Source: Lepidodermella squamata (lineage: Eukaryota > Animalia > Gastrotricha). From it: 64,000 nt of DNA. Location of the stretch: positions 124,001 to 188,000 of the forward strand of contig JBLDXI010000010.1 in the NCBI GenBank assembly GCA_047495785.1, read 5' to 3'. Below, one piece after another: positions 41,063-53,233 of this stretch. The translations under genes were made by a program, and so were the position numbers. Each line of letters opens with the position of its first letter. Within the stretch, counting starts at the first letter, position 1. The notes under the pieces were generated by a model. That model was not told the origin of the DNA. It was given only the letters and a program-made list of their open reading frames with translations, and ran no database searches.

Positions 41063-42210
41063 TTTCTAACTGAAGAGATACTCATTATTCCTTGTTCGGA
41101 AAATAATTGCCTAGATTTTAGTGGTTTCTTTCTGAAACGATTGCTCCATTCTATCTCTTGTATTGCTCTACGTTGCTTGAATAATTTTTAATGCAAAGCC
41201 AAAGAAGACAGAAACAATAAAAAAAGTCAGCAATCGCATATAGCGTCTTTTATGATCTCCCTTGAAAATGGATCGGCTGGTGTCATATTCAGCGCTCCTG
41301 AAAGCTGAAAATTTGTTAGCTTATCTAATTTGACTTCGATTTCAAGCTCGCAGCAATTAGCGCGTGGCTGCTGCTTGGAGGTTTAGGCGTGAAGCTCTGC
41401 CGGACTATCTATCGTCTATCGGATCGCTCAGTTGAACCAATTCTAGATTGCTGTCGTCGCAAGCAGCCAGAAAGTAGTTGCTTATAAGTTTTCAGAAGAA
41501 GATGAACACTTCAGACATTACAGCTCCATAGTAAGCCGGTCGAATTAGCCAAAAGCATACGAGGAGCCCCGTCCTTTCCCTACCTTTCCATGGGCAGGTC
41601 CCCGGACTCCTCCGGGGACTGCTGTTAGTCGGAAGACGAGAGTTTGTCCTTGAAGAATGCGGCAGACTTCCGTCGATTTCCTTGTTAATCTCTTGCAAAT
41701 CTTTTAAACTTTTTTGAATACTCATTCTATTCAATTTTATTTCTATGAATATTCAAATTTATGCAAATTAGGTCTCGCCTAATTTAGAGGAGAGACGTCT
41801 TAGTGCTCGTGCTGGGTTTACCCTCATCGACAGATTTTGTGTAGAGTGAGAGGCGAAAACTTCGACGAGAGCAGCATATTGTTACACGGTTGTCGCGCAG
41901 TCCCGTTTGACAACTAAGGAAGCCTTGCGGAGTGGAGTATTAACTGCGCCACACGAGAATAACTTATTCGAGGGAGGGTTCTGTTTCAAAAGGAGGTAGA
42001 ACAACAAAGCCGCGTGAGTTCTACCCCACTCCGCTCGCCCTGCTCGCTCCGTCTCGCAGTTACAATGTGAGAAGAGAAGCAGTGGAGTTTTAACTGCGCC
42101 ACTGGCGAGACGGTAGGCTCAGAACATCACTCCATCGGTGGGAAGTCTTTCAATGATTTAGTCAGCTGAGTATTTCACTGAAAATCACTGAAGCCTATTG
42201 CAGTTAACAA

Positions 42211-42280
42211 AGAGTCATTTTAGCTATATGCAATCTCATTGCAGTTAACAAATGAGATTGCATATAGCTAAAATGACTCT
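42211..42280. repeat. Perfect 30-bp inverted repeat with a 10-nt loop
   Basis: agagtcattttagctatatgcaatctcatt - gcagttaaca - aatgagattgcatatagctaaaatgactct. Confidence 0.95.
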
Positions 42281-43046
42281 GATTGCGCTTCTGATTCACA
42301 TACGATACTTTTCCAATGCCCCCTCGCCTTCAATTCAACATTAGTAGGCACCAGCATACGATGATCAGAGCAGAACTCCGCGTCACTGAGGTGTGTTTTA
42401 TCACTGTAACACTTACTGTAACACTGTAACACACCGTTCGATAGTAGTCGATCAAATGTCCTGTGTGGAAGACTTCTGATTTTCATTGATCATCGTTTCA
42501 TTCGGTCAACTGAGAGTAAATATATTGCTGTCACACGACGCCTGCAATGCCATTGAAATGTGATTGCAGACTACAATTCCCGCTTCTCTTGTGCGTAGGA
42601 TTCGCAGATGACACACTCTCAACACCCACACTTTTTCTAGGTCAAAAGCACGGTTGCCGTTGTTCAGAACAATGTTCAACATTGGTTACATTGTTTATTT
42701 TTGTTCAACATCCGAACTCCGAACACATGAATTATAGGTTTCAGATCATCTGATTTATAGAAAACATAGCCTAATGCCTCGAGCACACAATTAAGGTTTC
42801 GCTGAACTCATGTCGACTCACGTTTTATTATTATTACAGGATTGCTGCTCCTTGAGGAATCTCCGGAGTCATTCTAGACTTACTTACAGAATTATGTACT
42901 CTTTTATCAATGATAATCACGCTGTGTTATCTTTGAGTTAAAATTAATAACAGATCAGTGATCAGTGGTCAATGACATGTGAGTTTCGTATCTAATAAAG
43001 AGCAAGTAATATCGGAAGAAAGCTTCTCTACGACATAGCTAACCTC

Positions 43047-43500
43047 TATTTATTTATTTATTTATTTATTTATTGAGCATAAATCCCATTGTTGAGAGCT
43101 CGAAGTGTGAAAAGGGGCGAGTGAAAAAACAATTAGGCAGAGATACGGTGTCTAATCAGGCCGTTTCATAAGTCGCAACAATCAGTACACAACAATACAA
43201 CAAATGTAGTAAAAATAATCAACAATTTAAGAAGTGTTTGTAGACTATTTGTCGGCAGTCTTTTGCGCTCGCGCAAGCTTTGAGACCGCAGTCGCACGTT
43301 GGTAGAGTGCCGTCGTAATCGCCAATATCGATTGCTCGATGTTGTGAGCAATGGAAATTGACTGGCAGGGTGTTGAAAAATTTCGGGCCTCGATAGCTCA
43401 GGCTGGCCATTCCGAAATCGAGCCGCATCTTCGGTACCTGGAAGGTTAAGCGCGAGCTGCGAAGGCGACTTGGCTTGCTGACTGTTCAATCATCAGTTCA
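43047..43500 (-). mobile_element. 5'-truncated non-LTR retrotransposon (CR1/L2/Jockey-group-like) 3' end with (TAAA)n tail
   Basis: Minus-strand LRSSRLTFQVPKMRLDFGMASLSYRGPKFFNTLP resembles the ORF2 C-terminal motif. It is followed by a short 3'UTR and a (TAAA) microsatellite tail at about 43047-43074. Confidence 0.75.
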
Positions 43501-44291
43501 ATACCTAACCATCAGTAATTGTTTAGTTTTGTATTCGAAAAACTATTATCAGAAGAACGCTTTTATATGATAGAGCTAATTCCTCTAAGGGTACGCATTC
43601 CGAGATCTAACCTTTACGCATCTAGAGAGAGCAGAAGCATAATGCTGAGAGATGAAGCTACCCTGAGAGGTCTTCGCAAATGGAATAATATTGACATCAG
43701 CCATCAGCCACAATCCAATTAGTTTGTGCTAATGTTATTCCTCTTGAATAATCTTGAACTTCTAGATCTTCTCAGAAATTTACCGGCTGAATTCCTTGGA
43801 GATTAATATATCGAGCGCAATTGTGCTTCCAATTTGGATTTTGAGTTTGCATATTTTTCGTTAGAAGAGTGATAGAACCGAGAGAAATTCTGAGGTCAGA
43901 ATCGTCAATAAGCCCAGAAGTGTAGATGCTTGTCATTCATCATTATCCGCGTTGAACGATCCTTACCTGAGCATTTGAGCTCAACCACAGAAAGGCACCA
44001 TAAAAAGCACAGAGAGACATAAGTTTTGTTCTCTATGCTCTCAAGTTGCTCGTTTACTCGTTTACTAAATGAGTGTTGGCTTTGACTCACTGGTATAACT
44101 TCTTTAAAACGAAGGACAAATGCACTCGCTAACTCACAGTTGGAGTTAAAGTTTTGATTCGATTATTACAGATGGCCACTGCGGTTACGTAAATGTCAGC
44201 GCTCGTGCGAGTTCGAAGTTATCAATTCAATTCAGCATGACATCAACGTGGTCTGTACCAAAACTAAGATATATTAGCTTGACGGCGCAGA

Positions 44292-44733
44292 TACCGTAAA
44301 CTACAGTATAAAGGCCGCATCCTGAATAAAGGCCGCACCCGAATAATCGCCGCAAAAACACCCCATTTTCAACAATTTGGCAATAATAAAGGCCGCGCGC
44401 GAATAATCGCCGCACTTGACAGCGATTAGCAGTCACCCTCAATGAAACACCTGGGGTGACTCCGAGTAGACGGATTATCCGCACTTCTTAGCGAATATGT
44501 AAACTCATAGCGCTAGCTGCAGATCTTGATTACAGTGAGATCCGGCCTCTGGCGCACCTGTTACACCCGTTAGTAGTGAATAAACTGCTAGTTCAGCGTG
44601 ACGGCTGAAAATTCAAGAAAATAAAGGCCGCACTCGAATAATCGCCGCACCTTAATAATCGCCGCATTTTTCACCCCTTTCTGAAAAATCAGGAAAATTA
44701 ATCGCCGCGGCCTCTATACTGTAGTTTACGGTA
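44292..44733. mobile_element. Tc1/mariner-pogo (Tc2/Tigger-like) MITE, 438 bp (44294-44731), flanked by TA target-site duplications
   Basis: TA|CCGTAAACTACAGTATAAAGGCCGC ... GCGGCCTCTATACTGTAGTTTACGG|TA. Subterminal AATAAAGGCCGCA and AATAATCGCCGCA repeats. No transposase ORF. Confidence 0.92.
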
Positions 44734-45552
44734 AATCATACCTCTAGAGACAAATTGAGATACGCAACTGAGCACAATAAAATTGAATGAAGAATTCCGA
44801 TGAGAGCTTGCGGGAGCTTGTAAAACTGAGTTGTGGGAACAGCTGATCGAACGCGCCGATACTCGCTGGTGTCATGCAGTGAACACATTGAAAACGCATC
44901 GTCACGCTGACTGCATGCTTTCACGCTGATCGTCTAGCTAGGGCTGGGTGACTTACTCAATGCCACGAACATCTGACCGCTGCTCTACTCGAACTCTTGA
45001 CTCTTTTGAATGGGAGATCTGATATTTCAAGCTGGCCGCTGGCTTTTCTAGCCGCTGGCTCTTAATAGACCTTTTCTATATAAAACATAAAACTCCTTTT
45101 TTCCGCAAGACAACGCAAGACAATGGGACCTGCCCATTACGCCACGCTGCAAGCGCAGCGCAGCGGCGTAAGAAAATACCTTTCCTCCCAAGCATTTTTT
45201 GCGAAATCCGACAAGGAAATATATTAGCAAGAAGTTATTAGAAGCTGTCTGATTCAATTCCAGAGTGCGCAGTTTTCAAAGGTGAGCGCCAAGATAAGTG
45301 CCCAGGTGCCCACAACATCAACGAGACGAACAAAACAACAAACAAAACGAAAACAGCAACATTATGCTGCAAATAATTTATTGATTAAATAGCGTTCATC
45401 TTCAGTAAAATTAATAATCAAAAGCCATTATTGTTGAATTTGTTAAAAATATTTTTGCTAGCGATCATAGCGTTCTTAGCAACGACCGGCTCCCCTGTGT
45501 TTTCATCAAATTCTTTGAGGTGGAAATTTGACGTCCAGCTTTCTATCCCACG

Positions 45553-48500
45553 ATGAATAAGCAGAAGTCCGAGTAAGTAATTCTATTAAACGCCTTATAT
45601 TTACGTATTTACGCATTTTATTTTCAGTCTCACGAAGTCGGTAGCCCCAAATATGGGATCGTTAACCAAAAAGCCCAGCAATCTTCGGTCGACGATTGCG
45701 AAGAAGCCAACAAATCTAATAGGCGGAAACGCTACCGCGGCGGTATTGCCTGATAAATACGTTTCACCTGTCAGAGTAAGCATGATTAAATGATCTTTTT
45801 CCAGGGAAAATTGCCAAAGAAGCAGAAGGTTTTTAAAATAGTATACTTCTCGAGATCGTCTGTGATTAATCATAGTTATTCGTTTACTAGAGTAACTTTG
45901 ATGCACCCTAGAAATAAGTCCATAGATCAAATAGTAATCAATCTTAGAAATATTTCGGAATGATTTCTTTGCTGCGCGGCTGAATGAATCTACTAATTCT
46001 TTTCAGGTTTATGATGAGAACGGCGTAGATGTGACGCCTTTGCCGCTAACAGTTGTTGGAGAATCCCTGGCAGCCAAGCGTGCGGGTATGCACGACACTC
46101 CGGGGACACCAACTGATGCACTGTCTCAGCCATCATATGCGGCGACTACTACGCTAGGCACACAACTTGGAGGAGGTCCTTTCAGTCGCTCAATATTTCA
46201 ATCGAGCCAAATGATGGCTAGTGAATACATGGATGAAGGGCTCGATATTGGTGGTGGTGGCGCTGATCACGGCGTCTGGACACGTAAATGCAGCATCTTT
46301 TGATTTTAATTTTTCTATTATTGACATTCCAGAATCCTTGCGCAATGAGCTACCAAAGGAAGAACTGACTGAAGATGATCTTGTAAAGGAAGTAGTTTTG
46401 ACTTTGTCTGAGACTGACACGATGTGGATTTTCGAACTGGTGCCGACAACTGTTAATAAGGAGCTGGAAGAGGCACGAGTTGTTGAGGCGAATAATGAGA
46501 AATATCGTCAGGTAAACTTAGTACAATGGCATCATCTGGTTATAAAAATTCGTTTCCTACGGGTTTTAGTTGTGCAAGACTCGCATTGGCAATGACTTGT
46601 ATACCGAGCGTGGAATGAATACGTTTACCGAAGATCCTAAGACGCGGCAAATTCAAACTGACAAAATAACATATCAGGAGAAAGAGGCCATGTGCACAAC
46701 GTGGGATATGTACGATACCTACGACAGTCTCATCGACAAAGGTAAACTTGATATTCACTAAGAATTAAATTAAATTATTTCTCGAACCCCACGTTTTTCC
46801 TTCAATCATTGGATAACTTTCTTCTTGGGTATTTCAGACGCTATCAAACGAAGTAAGCGATATAACCCCATTGCGTGAACAATTTATAATCAATTCACAA
46901 TTTTGCTTGACGATTTTGCTAACAAATCACTTGAATTTAACGTTACATTACTAGTATCCCGCTTTTGAAGTTCAAGTAGTATTGGGTAAGCATATTATCT
47001 AGAGAAAACGTTAAAATTGCCGACAGATAGATGCTTACCTAGCATGTTTACATGAACATTGTTTTTACTGTATTTTTCAAATTGCCCACAGACGTCGATG
47101 ACGAGCCGGAATCTTTCGAAGGTAAAGACGCCAATCCCGAAAAGCAGGCGGCTGAAGGTGAAGTGGTACCCGCGAAAGACGACGAGGAAGACGATGGCAT
47201 CGAGGCTGATGCCGCCTCACTTGGAGCAGCTTCTGCCTCTTCGAGTCGCATGCACAGCGTTATCGCAAGTGCCAATGTATCAGTAGCAGGAAGTCAGAGA
47301 CCGGGCTCAACAATGCCAGATGGCAACACGCCTGCTCCTCTCGTTAAAGTTAACAAATCAGCGTTGAAGGTAAAATTCAACCTACAGCCCGTGAGCATTT
47401 ACTTAAAAGTTGAACTTTCAGTCGGAAAAACTGAAACAAGATTTATTTTACATGGAGCGATGCGTCAATATGAACACCTATCAGCCCAAGCTTGCAATCT
47501 ATAGAGGATTTGAGGTTATCCAAGGTTGGTCTATAAACTCAAATGTCTTTCAAATAGCTACAGCAAATTTCTATATAAACTCTCTTTAAATTAATGTGAT
47601 CATTTCATTTCCAGGATATAAGGGTGAGCGTACATTTTTAGAAGTTGAACAGCCGTATAGTTGTTATAGCCGTGCTGTATTAGGTCCTGTAGCATCAATT
47701 TGATTTGAACATTGTCTGTATTCTCATCGTCCTCCTATATTTCGAAATTATTCCATACCAAGCAATTATATCTAGATTAATGTTTAGTTGACAGTTTCGT
47801 TGATTCCACGAGTCTTAAATATCCAAATAAAATGCAACTTTTTACCGCGCAGAAATGCTGTCGAACGACGAAGCCGCTCTTCTCCTGAATCAGAAAACTG
47901 GTTTCTGCCTGGAGCGTTTGTGGATATACACTTGTGGCATTACAAAACCTCACAATATTTCCTGCCTGGCGTGGAATGGAAAAAATCCTGATATAATTGC
48001 CGTAGGCTACGGACAATTTGAATTTACTGACAAGAAACCTGGAGTTATTTGCTGCTGGTCTTTGAAAAATCCTGAGTACCCCGAGCGTCTATATCATTGC
48101 CCATGTGGCGTTACGGCTCTCGCCTTTTCTCGACAAAATCCAAACCTCCTCGCGGTGAGATTTTTTAAATTCTAAAATAGCCTACCTTTTCATCTTAAAT
48201 TTTGCCAGGCTGGACTCGAGGATGGTAGTATAGCAGTCTATAACGTGATGACACGTCAACCAGATCCAATCGTCGATAGTTTGTGAGTTGAAAATCGTAG
48301 AATAATTGAAATTTTCTAGGAATTTTTAGCTGCATAGATTATTTTTTGTTCATTCACGCGTAAAAATAGCTACTTCATTGTAAAATTTAACTAATAGCGG
48401 ACACGCTGAGAAAAATCAGGGCAAAGCGAACAGGTAAATTTCGATGAATCAACACATTCGCACTCTTTGATCTGAAAACGAAAAAAATCTTCTTTTCCAC

Positions 48501-50119
48501 GCATGAATCGCGTTTCTTTGCATGACCCTGCAACAGTTCACACGCCATTAAATCATTTAATTTTTCAAAAAAAAACGAATAACTCACTATAAGTTTGCAA
48601 CCTAACTGCTGTTCATAGCTGTTCAGTTACCTAATACTTTCTTCTTGAATTGGCATTTGAGAATTTTTTCATTTTATTCAAATGAATTGATTTCAGCGAT
48701 GTAACTTCTCGTCACATCGGTGCCGTATGGCAAATTTGCTTCGTCGAAAGAGACACTGGAATGCAGGAGGGCAAAAGCGATAACATTGTTTCGATCGCAA
48801 CCGATGGCCGCGTTATTCAATGGACTATTCGCAAAGGCTTCGAACAAACAGGTAAAAAATTAGCTCAATAGTGGGACTAATTGTTTCAAAGCGATGATTA
48901 GTGTAGTAAACTTCGTGACTAGTTTAACTCTTCAATTTTCTGAATGTTACGGTTGAATAGCTAATGCAGCTGGTAAGAAAACTTGAATGATGCGACTTAT
49001 GACGAATCCTATTACTTGCCACTCAATTTTAATTTATCAATTCCAAAAAGCCCTTGATTAAAACTCATCTGACCAATCACTAATCGTAAATTTTCTGTTC
49101 TTTAATTTATCAAACAATTTCCTCTACATAATTTTATTCATTTTCGTCGATCACATACGTCCCGAATTATGGCAAAATTTAACGTTGTTGTGTGTTATTT
49201 CGTATCAGAGCTCATGAAAATCAAGAGAACCGCCAATAAGCGGCTTGGAAAATTGGCTCAAGATCGCCGGTTCGAGGCGTTGATATCTCGATATGCCGGC
49301 GCTTTGTGCTTCGATTTCTGGCCGCAAGATAACAACATCTACCTGGTCGGAACCCACGATGGTCCAATTCACAAGTGTTCTTGCAGTTATAACGAGCAAT
49401 TTCTTGAGACTTACTCGGGCCATCGCGATCCAGTTTACCGTATACACTGGTCGCCATTCCATCCAGACGTCTTTCTTAGCTGCTCAGCCGATTGGACGGT
49501 TCGATTGTGGCACCAAGAGCGGTACCAGCCAATTTTGACCTTCACATCGGTTTCTAGCCAAGTCTTCGACTGTTGCTGGTCACCGAAATCAGCAACTCTA
49601 TTCGCGTGTGTGAAAGAACATGTCTTGGAGCTTTGGGATCTAGCTATTGATGTGTTCGTTAAATTGGTCTCTTGATAATTGATTTATGTGAAATTGTGGA
49701 CTAATTGTAGGCTTGACCCTGTTGTGAAGCTGAACTCACCTGTGAACGTCATGTTTTCAACTGTCGCATTTTCATTGAATTCTGACGTAAGTTCAACTTC
49801 CAATTTGAATCTGACGCTTGGAATCTATCGAAATTTCATTCACAGTGCTTACTTGTGGGTGACAGTAACGGTCAAGTAACAGCTTACCGTCTGTATAATC
49901 TACCACCAGCAACCGATGTAAGTCAACCTTTTTCAAATTTTACTTAATTTTTTAATGTCGGATGTTGAATAGGCTGATCGATTGGGTGAAATCATTACAA
50001 CTTCGCTGAGCAGTCAACTTGAAACACTGCCCGAATCTGAATCAAAAGCTGTTGTGCCAGCTGATGGGCAAAAGCCTAACAGCCGCGAAGATACCAGCGA
50101 GGACTTCTTATATGACTAA
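45553..50119 (+). CDS. DNAI4: Dynein axonemal intermediate chain 4 (WDR78); many short introns, with candidate microexons
   Basis: Motifs VYDENGVDVTP, LSETDT, WDMYDTY, MERCVNMNTYQPK, LERLWIYTC, CCWSLKNPEYPERLY and HKCSCSYNEQFLETYSGH, plus WD40 repeats (FLSCSADWTVRLW). Confidence 0.92.
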
Positions 50120-50344
50120 ATTAGTTATATTTTTTCCAATTATTCAGTGTGATATCATTACGTTTCAAGGTTTTTCAAACCAAATATTATTTATTCTGCC
50201 AATAAGAGCACACTTTAGCGAATAAAGACAAATTGCTATAAAACTTGGGGCACATTTTTATTAAATTCGAATCATAGAATTGATAGCAGTTAGACTGAAA
50301 GATCGGGTAAAACTCTTAAGATAACAGCATAAGTGAGCAAACAA

Positions 50345-51262
50345 TTACAAATCTTTCACAACTTCGAGTTGACCTCCAAATAGCATCGGCCGCAATAAGT
50401 CATCAAGAGCCGGAGCTACTAATAACGGGAAAGCGAAGGTGAGGACGACGCATAAGATGATGAAAATCGCACGGCAGTTTTTGTATGTCACTCGATAGGC
50501 AGTGTACAAACTGGTCGCAGCCAAAATGCTGATGATGAAAAGGTAAGAGTGCGATTGCTGGGTCGGAAGCCATACAAGAATGCATAGGCTGAAAATTTTG
50601 ACAAAATTCCCGAGAACAAATGCGTCGAAGTGAGTACGCCACATTTTTCCAATTGCAACCTAATTCCTCAGTAAAATTGGATGAGTTATATTTAATGGCT
50701 GAGCAACTTACGCCTTCCATGATACAGAGAAGTATCAACGCAAAGGACAGACAGGAAAAAATCTCCAAAAAGCTCAGTAAAAACCAATAATAAAAGCGCC
50801 ATTCACCCGGAGCGCGGAAGTATAGAGGAGACTTGGATCCGAATGTTTTTGCCTCCGTGTTCAAGACGGCATTCCTAGTCGATGCAAAGTGTTCATCCAA
50901 TACCCACTTGCAGTAGGCTTCAGCCACGAGAAGTAAAAATATCGAACGGCCAATCTTGAATAAAAACATGAATTAATTGTTATGATATTCGTTCATCGCC
51001 TTACCTTTGAATCAGCATTGAACAACACGTGACGGAAAGCCTTCGCTCGCATCAAAAATACGTCAATCATCACAATGATTAGATCATACTCAATATATTT
51101 ATCAGCGATGTCCAGACACTTTGGCTGGAGGAAATGAAAAATTACCTATGTAAATGGACGTAACAGAATATAACTCACACAGTTCTGAATCTTTATCAGT
51201 CCATTCGGCAGCTTCGAAAACAGAGCTGGGACATCAGTACCACAGCGTGTGCAAACAGCCAT
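50345..51262 (-). CDS. ARV1: ARV1 ER membrane lipid-homeostasis protein; exons 51262-51179, 51124-51005, 50954-50712, 50659-50345
   Basis: Arv1 homology domain MAVCTRCG...KIQNC|PKCLDIADKYIEYDLIIVMIDVFLMRAKAFRHVLFN, followed by TM helices. Confidence 0.9.
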
Positions 51263-51300
51263 TGTAAAAAGTACCTATTCGGGCAATCCTAGTTAAAAAC

Positions 51301-51322
51301 ATGGATGGATGGATGGATGGAT
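51301..51322. repeat. (GGAT)5 microsatellite
   Basis: atggatggatggatggatggat. Confidence 0.9.
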
Positions 51323-52896
51323 GTTAGACCCTGACACCAATTCTGGTGATTTAACAGGGCTTCGGTTGATGAGTTAAAACCTGTCACCGATTATTCGGTG
51401 TTAGGCGCAGAGTGGCACAATAGAATACGAAAATAAATTATAAAAATAGAGCTACGATCTATTTGGTCCATTCAGACACCTGCTCGATGAAGAATTGCTG
51501 CAAGTAGGCGGCTTTGCGACAGGCTTTCGAGCTAGTCAGCTTACGAATGAAGGGGTCGGTCTGACTCCATGCCTTCGAGCCGCGGATGAGGAGGATGAAC
51601 AAACTAAAGTATTCCCGCTGGTCAAATTCGGATATCTAAAACAATAAAAATGCCAGCTCACATCAGCCATCAGCAATTGGAGCTTACATTAGTTTTCACC
51701 AGGTATGGAGACTTAGAAAAAGATTCAAGGTTAGTTCAAGTGAATTCTGGTTAAATTCATATCTAATTGCACTATCTGCTGTTTCTACAGGCCCGGATTT
51801 TGTAACCATACTGGCAAATCCAGCTGGGAGCAAATGCCTGGGGCCTTAAAACAGGCGCATCTCAAGTAAGTATTTCCAGGAGTGTAAGCTGGCGATTTTA
51901 TCTCTAACTCCGCTATATGGCGACAGCTTTCAAGAATCGATTTGGGTCTGGTCTGGTTATTTCCAGCTACTTGAATTCAGTCAAAGCATTTTGATAAAAC
52001 ACTTGAGATTACCGGAGGCACCTGAAGATAAAAAGCATCTGGATTAGGTATTAGGTGTCCTATTTTTAGGAAGAAACTTTATAGATTTCAGATTTCAGGA
52101 CCTCAGACCTGAGCATAGTGATCTGCGTCTGTGGAAGCTCAATACATAGGTATAAAGGCAGGTAACTTGGTACTGATGTGCAGCAATGCGGCGATTTGGA
52201 CTGTGTCAACATGGGCGAAATGCAAACATTTTGAAATAAGCGGGCGTAACATAGGTGAAGATCGCTCGAAGCAATGTCATTGGTTACATTTTATGTACAT
52301 TTTATGGTAGTTATTGCTTTGCTAAAAATATATTTCTGACCTAATGGCAGAATGGGTTGATTCTTACAAAGAAAATGTTGCTAAAACATTTCGGCGACTC
52401 TTGCATGATTTTTTGCACTTGGCAGTTGTCAGTTTGTTCGCGATTCGCGATCTCTCATTCCTCATTCCTGGCTAACTTGATCATCACAATAAGCTCATGG
52501 CTCTTTTACCTTGAAGTGCATCGGCCAGTTTTACTCCCTGCGCTCTTCATCTTTAGATCGTTAGATTCATTGCTAGATCTTTTACTGATGTAATGCGATT
52601 TCGGTGTCAGGCTTGGATGAGCTGCTTGCTGCATATCCAGTTTAGATATATTGGATAGAGCAAGCCAACAAGCTGATATCGAAGCAAGTTGTTGAGTCAA
52701 ATGAATAGTTGTCCGAATGCTAAAGTGAATGCTTTATCGTGTTCATGCTATATGCTCGAATATATTTCCAATCTGTGGCTAGTTCTATTGCTTGAACTGA
52801 AGCCTTCCCATGAAGTTAGGTTGCTCTTAACGGTTGTATTTGCGCAAAAATACTGACCGTTGCTATATTGTTGTATTTATTAGTACCTTGTTACTT

Positions 52897-53232
52897 ATGA
52901 CTAGTGATAAACCTTCTCACGAGTTGGCTAAGTACCTGAACAAAACTCTGAAAATAAACGTTGCTGACGGCAGAACTCTTACTGGACAGTTTTTGTGTAC
53001 TGATAGCAGCTCGAACGTTATTTTGTCGCAATGCGAGGAGCGCTTTAAGCGGAACGGTAATTTTTAACTCCGAAGCTTTTTACTTGTTGCCTAACCGGGA
53101 TATAATTCAGAGAAAGAACACGAGAGAAGCCTCGGTTTGGTTATGGTACCTGGTCGTCACATTCTATCAATTCATTGCTTGAAATCCGAAGTAAACGCTG
53201 AATCTACACCTGTTGCTGTTAGTTCCGAATAA
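52897..53232 (+). CDS. NAA38: NatC auxiliary subunit NAA38/LSMD1 (Sm fold); exons 52897-53056 and 53111-53232
   Basis: LNKTLKINVADGRTLTGQFLCTDSSSNVILSQCEE...RSLGLVMVPGRHILSI. Confidence 0.9.
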
Positions 53233-53233
53233 A

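Noticed and set aside
41492-41734. 80-aa minus-strand ORF
   Set aside because: No motif, and no in-frame downstream exon could be joined
41880-42431. Possible solo LTR (TGTTAC...GTAACA)
   Set aside because: No matching target-site duplication and no adjacent PBS, PPT or retroviral ORF
51460-52810. Possible extra minus-strand gene upstream of ARV1 (exon-like ISEFDQREYF...EWTK)
   Set aside because: Splice-like sites exist but I could not build a continuous ORF with a start codon; these may be ARV1 5'UTR exons
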